Shown in pieces: positions 27,991 through 37,430 of a stretch of DNA of 64,000 nt. Below the pieces are notes generated by a model. It was not told the origin of the DNA and made no database searches. It worked only from the letters and a program-made list of their open reading frames with translations. Origin of the DNA: Blasia pusilla. Taxonomy: Eukaryota. A program made the translations under genes and the position numbers. Numbering within the stretch: position 1 is the stretch's first letter; the number at the start of each line of letters is the position of its first letter. Location: assembly GCA_050084515.1 (NCBI GenBank), contig CM114271.1, positions 40,362,001 to 40,426,000 on the forward strand, written 5' to 3'.

Positions 27991-28587
27991 TTAAATGCAT
28001 GATTTCACAACCACGGAGACTTCTCTCCTAGCCGCTGGAGGTGAGAGTTCGCCGTGAGAATCAAGCGCTCCACGCGCTTGGACTTGCGTTTCACGCGCAC
28101 GAGAACCTGTCGCGGAGAAGACAGCAGAGATCGTGCATCTCGCGGTCAGTTCAACGGATTTTCGTGAAAGTTTTCTTTTCCCGATTCGCGTCGCCGACCG
28201 AAAGCCGTTCGGGAGAAGCTTGCAACTGTCTCGCGTCAGTTCCATTGACTTCAAGAAATCTCGATTCCCGAGAGCTGTGGCCGAAAGTCCAGTTGTGGAA
28301 TTCGTGACGGAGAACTGTGGAGCCGAGGCGCCATTATCACTGCCACGGATTTCCACGGAGCTCCCAAATCCGGAGCGCGGGGCGGTCGTGTCAGAAATTT
28401 CGAGGGATGCCGCAGTTGCGTAAGATGACAACCGTCTGCCCCCATCGCCAAGGACATCGAACGTGGACGACAACCGTCTCCCCATCGCCAAGGGAGTCGA
28501 ACGGAGCCCTGAGTGCGACGACCGCAACCGTCCTGCCGTAGGGTAGGAAATGAGAGGGAGCTTTCCTGTGTGAAAGCTCCCTCTCAT
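27991..28587 (-). CDS. Possible single-exon 198-aa ORF of unknown function, convergent with UTP20
   Basis: ATG-started ORF in GC-rich sequence with an Arg/Ser-rich N-terminus. No recognisable domain; may be spurious. Confidence 0.2.
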   Translation of the reverse strand: MRGSFHTGKLPLISYPTAGRLRSSHSGLRSTPLAMGRRLSSTFDVLGDGGRRLSSYATAASLEISDTTAPRSGFGSSVEIRGSDNGASAPQFSVTNSTTGLSATALGNRDFLKSMELTRDSCKLLPNGFRSATRIGKRKLSRKSVELTARCTISAVFSATGSRARETQVQARGALDSHGELSPPAARREVSVVVKSCI

Positions 28588-29436
28588 CAGACATTGAAAA
28601 GAGGGGGGGAGTAGAGAGAAGAAATATGAGGGACTTTTCCTCTAAGAAAATTTTGGTCTAAACCCTAAACACCTAGAGAATTATGATTACTACTAACCGG
28701 GCTTCTGACATTCCAACCCAAGCCCCTGCCCATCACTTCCTCCTTTAAAGTCAAACACAACTTGTATGACTTCATTGCAGAGGAGGGAATGCTAGGAAAT
28801 CCCTATCAAGTTAATGGTACGTTTTGGTTCCGTCATGTAATGGTACAATTTCATGTGCTTATGGGATCTTGCCCCTTAGATAGTCCAATTTGGTATGATT
28901 AAGAGCTCAGGCATGGGCTTGGCTTGTGGCTCGTTTCCAGTGTTCATAGCGGTTCCATATGGAAGGCAAATAGAGGTTGTGACTCATTCATGATGGAACA
29001 TGGATGATGAGATTGTAATTGGCCGAAACTTGGACTGCTCTTACTAGGCCCATTCCGTGAAAATTGAAGTGTTACCAACCCAAAAGGATGCTTACAAGCA
29101 ATTATCAAACCTCCCTATGTGAAAACCATATTTTCGAAAATCATAGGTGAGAGCAAGGTCATCGCAAAGCAAGATAGGCCCATTTTCTACAAAAAAAAAG
29201 ATCCTTAGGAAATCAAGTGGAGAATCCTAGTGATAGCGTCGTGCTTAGAGCCCCAACCCCAATCCTAGTGATAACCTTGTACTTAGAACACCAAAGCCAC
29301 ATCAACCACTCCAAGCAATACTAAAAATTTTTGAGGTACTAATTCATCTATCTTAAATTCCATTGACGATTGGAATAAAGGCAATGCAATGGTCTTTGGG
29401 AGACAACGTCGAATGGAAGAGGCAATCCGTATGTTC

Positions 29437-29617
29437 TGAAACCAATAGCTTCCTTATCGGAAGGCATATCAACTAGCTCCCAAGTATGTTGATGTTTTAA
29501 TGCAGCAAGCTCTTCCTCCATAGCTTCAATCCATTCGAACTTACATGCAATTTCTTCAAAACAACTGGATTCTTGTTCTTGAAGGGTAATCATCATATAT
29601 GCATGATTTTTTTTCAA
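29437..29617 (-). mobile_element. Ty1/copia reverse-transcriptase N-terminal remnant
   Basis: WIEAMEEELAALKHQHTWELVDMPSDKEAIG matches the copia RT start motif W..AM.EE..AL....TW.LV..P. Confidence 0.8.
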
Positions 29618-30104
29618 TGAATCTATGAATAGGATGTGTGACTCTACTTGATCTATAAAGTTATTGTTTATAAATAGATGCCTCTAGCATGTGACTTGAG
29701 CTCTAACTAGTGTCAATAGACTAAATACAAACAATTACGGCCAAAAATCCTCCCAATTTGACATTGAATGGCATATTTGAACCCTCTAGTCCCAACCATA
29801 AAAAATTGCTCAAAGATAAAGTCATGAGTGCTTGATCTTACACAAAATTTATCTTGAGTGAACGTACAAGGTTCAATGTGTTTAATTGGATCCAATGACA
29901 AACAAATAAAGAAGAATTCCATGAAAAATTTAGGTCATGGTTGAAAGTGTGGGCCAACTATGTTGTAGGAAGACGATCAACTTCCCTCCCGAATGAGAAA
30001 CGCCACTTCATTTCCTAATGTGTGAAGAGATCATCATCATATTCCCTTGCGATATTATAAGCATCTAGAGTTCCCACTTGGATATTATAAGCATCTAGAG
30101 TTTC

Positions 30105-31250
30105 CATCGGCCTATATAGACTAAAAAAAGCTCTAGACGAGCTCAAGCAAACTCCAAGAGTTTGGTATGGCAAGATAACATATGTTCTAAAAGAACTTGG
30201 CTCTAGGGTTTGTGATTCTAATTCCTGGATAATTTTTCTAAGAGGACAAGGTCATACGATTATCATTGTGTTGTATGTTGATGACCTTTTGATTACTGGG
30301 AGTATTGAGGATATGGTACGACAAGTCAAGTTAGAGTTGTAGGTAGAATTTGATATGAAGGACTTGATATGGGAACTCAAGTATTTCCTTGGTGTTGAGT
30401 TTATTAGGGTTGGAAAGAGCATGTGGTTATTACAACAATAATATGCTCTTCAAATGCTTTGAAAATATGGTATGATAGTGTGTAAGCCAATATCTATATT
30501 GTTGGAGCAAATTATCAAACTCCTAGTAGACCAATGAGACTTTCTTGCAAATTCTAATATGAACAAGTGCATGATTGGAAGTTTCATCTATTTGACTATA
30601 ATTAGGCCAAACTTGAGCTATGAAGTTGGCCTAGTGAGCCAGTTTATGCAAGCACCTTGGAAACCTTATCTTAATATTATGAAGAGGATTATGCAGTATC
30701 TGAAATTCTTTTCTCAATTTGGGCTTCAGTTTAAGCTTTCTTTGAGTTTACAATTAGAAGGATTCATAGATGCTCATTAGGAAAGAAATGTATCTGATAG
30801 ATAATGTATATGATGTTATTCCCTCACATTGGGAAGCGTAGTTATATGTTGGGAGTCAAAGAAGAAACCTATAATTGCTTTATCTTTAATAAAGACTAAG
30901 TAGAAAGGAGCAACCAATACAACATGTGAGGAGGTGTGGCTTCATCGATTTTTGTTAAGATTGATGTTTGTAATTTAGGACCTCGTATTACACATATAGA
31001 CAATATTAGTAGCATCAAACTTACTAATAACCTTGTGTTTTATGCTTGAATAAAGCATGTTGAGGTGCACTATCACTTTATCAGAGAGAAAGTGATAGCA
31101 GGAGAAATTGATCTTGTGTGTAAAGGTACAGATCGACAAATTTTTGATATCTTTTCAAAGGTATTCTCTAGAGATAAGTTTGAGATATTTAGAAATAATT
31201 TAGGTGTTAGAGATATTGATATGAGCTTGAAGAGAAGTATTAAAGAGTGA
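30105..31250 (+). mobile_element. Degenerate Ty1/copia RT and RNase H remnant
   Basis: LKKAL..LKQTPRVWY, VLYVDDLLITG, EFDMKDL, IGSFIYLTIIRPNLSYEVGLVSQFMQAP and KHVEVHYHFIREKVIAGEIDL. Many stops. Confidence 0.9.
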
Positions 31251-31636
31251 GTTATAGTCAAGCTCATCAGACATACAAAATGCTACATTTAATACTCACA
31301 CAAAGTAGAAAAGCTTAATTTTGGTTAGTTAATTAAACATGGTTATCCCAACTAAGATTAGTGAATCAAAATTAGTGTAACGCGAGACTATGGTTATGAT
31401 TTGGGTTATTGTTGTTTTTTAGTGTATTTTTATGTAACCATGGTATTTTGACGTTTGATGCGGTATTGGACGACTCAACCTAAAGTTAACACATGATGGG
31501 CCTACGGACATACATGAGGCCCTAAAGTATGCGAGTAGGTTCAACACCTAATAATTTAAGGCACATCTATACATCCATCCAACTAGCAAATTATAAATTT
31601 ATAAGTCCTCAGTTTTTCGGTGGCCCTAAAGATGTC

Positions 31637-32150
31637 TATCACGACTCTTAAGATAGATCGATGGGATTTAGCACAGCGTCTACAAGATTAGTGGAGGACA
31701 AGCCCAGGAGGTTGAGGATGACCTGTTGAGGCCCCGAAAAACCTGAGAGAGTAGGTTTCCCCTTCGTTTCGGCTCATTCGGAGCCATATAGAGAAACTTA
31801 CTATTTCGGGTAAGTTTCCATATTGGGGATAGTTGAATTTCCACTCTGGGAAGTGGCCCTTGACCGGCTACAGCAGATCAAGAGCCAAGGAGATGACCTG
31901 CGAGCATAGGTTACCGTTGAGAGAGCTTGGGAGAGGGAAGGGAGTATACCTCCAAGAGAGAGAGAGCTTGAGAGCTCATTCTCTCTTTGTTGAACCTCTT
32001 GGCATAAGAGGGCGGAGCTATGGTTTCTTGCCTTGTGAGTGGAATCCAAGCCTCTCATTTGGAGAGTGGGTTTGGTTTGACATGAGAGAGAGTGTACACC
32101 TTTGAGAGCTATGGTGTGAGATGGTGTAGAGAGAGATTGGATCTACTTTA
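31637..32150 (+). mobile_element. Solo-LTR-like repeat 'LTR-X', copy a
   Basis: Colinear similarity to 32258-32770 and to 50562-50980 (minus). Termini are degenerate. Confidence 0.65.
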
Positions 32151-32257
32151 TTGGAGATATTTTGGTACTTCTCGCCTCGGTGTATGGATGCCATGAGTTA
32201 GCATGGGATCGTGTGTGTGTTCGATGACAACGATGTATGTTGTATAGCGATGTGTAT

Positions 32258-32770
32258 TGTCATGTCTTTTAGGATAGATCGGTGAGATCTAGTAGAGCGC
32301 CTTCGTGAGTAGTGGAGAACAGGCCCAGTAGGTCGAGGGTGACCTACTGAGGCCTCGGGAAACCTCAGAGAGCAGGTTTCCCCTTCGTTTCGGCTCATTT
32401 AGAGCCATATTGAGAACCTTACTATTTTAGGTAAGTACCATTTTGAGTATATGATGGACTTTCTATTTTTGGTAAGTGGCCCTTGACCCCTTACATCAGA
32501 TCAAGAGCCAAGGAGGTGACTTGGGAGAATAGGTTACCATGGAGAGAGCTTGGGAGAGGGGAGGGTATACCTCAAGGAGAAAGAGCTTGAGAGCATTCTC
32601 TCTTTGTTGAACCTCTTGGCATGAAGCGGCGGAGCTATGGTTCCTTGCCTTGTAAGTGTAACCCAAGCCTCTTATTAGGAGAGTAGGTTTGGTTTGACAT
32701 GAGAGAGAGTGCACACCTTTGAGAGCTATGGTGTGAGATGATGTAGAGAGAGATTGGATCTTACTTTACA
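32258..32770 (+). mobile_element. Solo-LTR-like repeat 'LTR-X', copy b (513 bp), inside the presumed 5' LTR of copy 1
   Basis: Begins TGTCATG and ends TTTACA. Similar to copy a over its whole length. Confidence 0.7.
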
Positions 32771-35700
32771 AAGGGACAACTTCAACGTCAACCGTAAGGA
32801 TGGACAATGGACGGTAGTCACCGTTAACGGTCCTCCGTCGACGGTCAACCATCACCGTCACCGGTCAAATGTCACTGTCATCGGTCGGCCGTCACCATCA
32901 GCGGTCAACCGTCACCATCAACGGTCCACGGTCCGTTGTCCACCCTTTGGTTGCCATTGCCACCATTACGGAGTGGAGGGTCTTCCACGACGTTCGTTGA
33001 TTCTCTTACTTGCATCGCCACCACGTACTTTGTTTTGGCCGCCACCCTCATCGCAATTTCGTCATCAACTAGTGATGGCAGATGACCTCTGGTTATGGTG
33101 TTTGAGTTTTGATTTTATGCTACTATGTTGTGATTGGTAGCCGCTCGACGACGATCGAGTATCGTGTCCTGACGCCCGTAGCCGCAACGCGCCGCCGATT
33201 GCCGCTCGTGGCCGCACCACACCGTCTCGATCGCAGAGCCGCACCGTCATTGTGGAGCAGAGTGTGGATTTATTGTTGATTGAGGAGGGTATGCCGTCGA
33301 GTGCCGCATCCCACTATCCAGGACCGTGCTGTTCGTAGCCGTTCTGTGCCGCCTGCAACGCCACACCGTTCCGCTGGAACCGCACTGTCTATCGAGGAGT
33401 TTTGAGCAGCGTCAATACGGGAGGAGTATGACTTGCTGATTGGCGGAGTTATCTCCACGACCGAGTTGGGGTCGAGATTTGCAGTTGCTGAGGAGCGACA
33501 TCGACATGTGTTCAAGTTACCTATTTTGGTCCTTTACCCTGCACGTGTGAGGGATTGTGGGATTTGGGTAGTTTATTTGGGGATATTGGGTGTGTGGATG
33601 CTAAGAACATCATTTATGTATATGGTTTAGGGGACATAGACCTGTGTGGAATGTCCGGAGTTGATGGTAGGTTGTCTATGAGATGATATCCTGGTCAATT
33701 TTCCTCACCACGCCGCGTGTTGCCGCACGTTACACGTCTCGGGGAGGGAGAGTGTAGATCGAGTGCCGCATATTTGGGATGAGTGATTACTCATGAGGTT
33801 CAGAGTGATCGGGTGAGAGGGGCACGAGGGTCATCACGGAGTCCGTTCCGGACTTTGAGAGGCGAGGTGGTGAACCCGAGAGTAGCTCTAGAGGTTTTAC
33901 GCGGAGTGGCGTGAGGTTCCGAGGATCTCCACGTGAGGGACCACCTCGACCTCCTTCTGTGTCAACGTCACACGAGGGGGAGGGTGTAGAGGAGTTTGTG
34001 AGCACATCACCATACATTGTGAGCGGTCCTACCAGTTGGGCGTACGAGATGAACTGGTAGGACCGCTCACAGTTCATCTCGTACGTTGTGAGCGTACGAG
34101 ATGAACTGTCCTCTACCCCGGTAGAGGACAGTAGAGGACCGCGAAGGTTTTCAGGTGAGTAGGCACGATTGAGCACGATTTCATAGCAGAGTTTAGGAGT
34201 TGATGCGACTCCCAACGGGCCAGGAACTCTAGAGAGTTCAACCGATTTACAGCATGGAATGGTATGTTCCAGCATTTAGAGGGGGCGCCCATGGACGATT
34301 ACCATGAGTTCTCTCAGAGATATGCACTTGAGATTAAGGCGTGGAGGCTCTACTATGACCCACATTATGTGTCATGGATGGAGCCGTTCCCAGATGAGGA
34401 GGAGGAGTCAAGAGAGGCTACTTCCTCTTCCACTGGTGACATTTTAGGAGGGGTCACTTGCACGGGAGTAGTTGCGCCGTCTAGTCGGGTTCGTCCCAGG
34501 TTCAACCCTGTGGTTGAGTTCTTTGTTGAGTTGAGGGCGAGCTACCAAGGGGTACGGACGGAGAAGTTGCGGAGCATCCACGACTTCCAGAGGCCCTCAA
34601 GTGAGAGTTTGCGTGAGGCTTACACTCGCTTGCGCTGGTTTATCAACGTCACTTAGGGGGTGACAGAGGCTCAGGCTATCCAGTCATGGTACGCAATGCT
34701 GGACCGAACCTTGCGGACACGGGTGCGGGAGGGGATGCTTCTTATGAACACCTCCCCTACGTTGAGAGATGTTTTTAGGACCGCCAAGAACATTGAGCGC
34801 AACATGGTTGAGGAGAGCGTAGCCACCATGGGTTCTAGGCGAGAGCAGTCACGATTGTCTGCACCACTTGTGCAACAACGTGGACTTCGAGATAGATCGA
34901 CTTTGGCACCACGAGCTCAAGGAGGATACCTGGAGGCCGTGCCACAGAGACCTGCGCCTTCATATGCGGCTCTGCAGCGGCCGCCTACTATTACTTGTTG
35001 GTCATGTGGTGGACCCCATCATGAGCGCAATTGCACTCGTCAAGGTCATGGACGTGTGCCTCAGCATGGAGGAGGAGATGGTGCTGCACCAGGAGGTTAT
35101 CAATGTGACGATTGTCAGAGGTATGGTCATACATGCGCAAGGTGTTTCAGTTTACATCATGAGTTACTTCCGGACCGAGGGCCAGAGAGGGCACCAAAGC
35201 GAGTAGCCGGTCCGGATGGGCCTAGAGATTGTGCACCAGGTGGTCCCCTTGGGGGACGAGGAGCTGGAGTTGCCCGACAGGGTGGTGGAGCTGCCCGTGG
35301 AGGAGGTAGAGTACCACCACTTGGACGCGCCGAGGGAAACGCGGGACGTGAGGCTGGGATGGCTGCTCAAATAGAGCAGCTACAGGAGCAGATTGCCGCT
35401 ATGGCATCGAGGTTACCCGATGCCGGATCCGTGGCATCGAGATCATATGGAGTAGCTAGAGATCTGGAGGATCCTGGTTGGATGTGCGAGGTTGCCTAGA
35501 TGGAGGCCGCCGTAGTTGTGGTGCGTGGAGCAGCCGTAGAGTTGGATCCACAATGAGGGGAGGCCTTAAAAAAGACTAGGCTTCCTCAGTCTTTCACATT
35601 GTCGGAAGCGATGAGGACCCCATCGATGGGTCCTCATCAAAGTTCTTGGAGAGTTGGTGATGTTCTTGGTGAGCAGGCACGGAGGGCGATGGGAGAAGCG

Positions 35701-36834
35701 AGTGCGACGACTCCTATTGTTGATGCTCAAGAGGGGCATGTGTCAAGCACGTTGTTGGGGCGGCCACCGTTTTGTACCACACTCCTTTATTTTCTGCTTT
35801 CGATGTTATGATGTTTGGGGGTACGCCCGCCAAGGCTTTTTGGCTGGCCGCTTCACTATGTGAGCGCGGAGTTGGAGTTCTTGCATCACGTTCAGAGGTG
35901 ATCGCAGAGGAGGTGATGGACCTGCCCTTGGAGTGGATGCTCGGGCCGTCCACGTCATATTCATGGTAGGCTGGGGCTGCTAGGACGGCGGAGATGCCCG
36001 CTAGACCCGCGATAGAGCGTGCCATGGCTTCTCCTCGTGTTGTGTTGCTTGATAACCAAGGAGAGGTCTTCCAGTTGGTGAGTCCTGGAGGTAGAGCTTT
36101 TAGTCCCCAGCGCGTCTTGTTGGATTCAGGAGCGCAACCCCTGATGCTGGGGAAAGCGTCATTTAGAGGATTGGGCTTGACGAGAGTCGATGTGGAGCGT
36201 TGTCCATTCCGGATACAAACATCCTTGGATGGAGCGAGTACCACACAGTATATCACCCGATAGGAGGTTATGGTGAGGATTCGCCTGGGACATCCTACAG
36301 ATGAGTCCGTGGTGCGTGCCAAGGCGATAGTGACTGATGCAGAGTCCTACGACGTCTTGGTTGGTGGAGGAGTGTTATACCCGATGGGGTTTTCCCTGGA
36401 TTACTGGGAGGAGTCAGCGTCCTACAGACCAGGATGGCAGTCAAGTGATGGGCGCCTTAGCTCATTACCCGTTCGATTCACATGTATAGTGATCGAGCAA
36501 CCGCCAGGAGAGATGGCAACCTTAGCAGCATTTAGCAGTGCCATCACTTGGCCTAGTGATTTGATTGAGGGACATGTCCATGCAGAGGATACTCCCGTTC
36601 CTGAAATTTCAATGGAGAGGAGTGTTATGGTATCTGCATCATTCCGTGGAGGAGAGGTGCCGCTGTGGGGCTCGACTGAGGATCTTCGACGATTGGTAGA
36701 TGAGCACGTGCAGACCGCGTGGAGCGAAGCGTTTGCACCGGAGCGTGACGGGTCTGAGGAACCCGAGGTTGCAGGTAGTGCTACGATGACACCCTTGGAT
36801 ACCACACCCATTGTGTGGTGTACTTGGGAGAAGG

Positions 36835-37430
36835 GTATTCGAGTGTTAGATCTCTTTGGAGGGATTAGCACCGGGTTAGCTGTTGTTTTGCAGGCATGAG
36901 TGCGAGTACAACAATACCTGTATGTGGAGAGTGAAGATGTTGCGAGGTGCGTCTCACTACGACATGTGACGCAGTTACGCCTACGTCTTCCCCACTTATT
37001 GTCTGCGTCCGCAGTACAGGAGTTCCAGAGTTCCCTACCGAGGGATATTTCGTTGTTGGGGGCGCAGGACTTAGAGCCAGTAGGGACCATTGATTTGGTC
37101 ATTTCCGGTTGGCCATGTCAAGGCCAATCGAGTGCTGGACGAGGCAGCGGGTTGAATGACACTCGGTCCAGGTTGTTTTGGGAGATGTTGAGGATCTTAC
37201 AACAGTTGCAGGAGCACCAGTCTTGTTCTCCAGCCTACATTGTGGAGAATGTGCCGATCTTAGGAGACTCCAGGTCACGGGTGGTGACGAGTGCTCATCA
37301 GGTGCATGCCTGGATGTCCTACAGGAGTGACGGCAGTACTGCGAGTGTCAGAGGCATCACGACGCCATGTCTTGGGTCAGGCGATGGACTTAAACTGCTT
37401 GACATGGATCCTCAACTTGGGAGTGGCTGA
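36835..37430 (+). pseudogene. C5 cytosine methyltransferase domain in copy 1, internally deleted
   Basis: IRVLDLFGGISTGL (motif I), IDLVISGWPCQGQS (IV), YIVENV (VI). At ~37316 it jumps straight to the motif IX/X region, lacking about 370 bp present in copies 2 and 3. Confidence 0.9.

Noticed and set aside
32780-32940. Low-complexity CCGTCA/CGGTCA-rich tract and its 128-aa ORF
   Set aside because: Degenerate short-motif repeat in presumed LTR/UTR sequence; the ORF has no protein signature.
33060-33150. Primer-binding site and 3' end of the copy 1 5' LTR (candidates CA-AC-TAGTGATGGCAG and TGGTAGCCGC)
   Set aside because: Neither could be matched confidently to a tRNA 3' end by eye, and no second full LTR is available for comparison.
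35714-37102. Long antisense ORFs over the retroelement (also 56151-56636, 60065-60541, 62785-63414)
   Set aside because: Shadows of GC-rich sense coding sequence, with endpoints that vary between copies.
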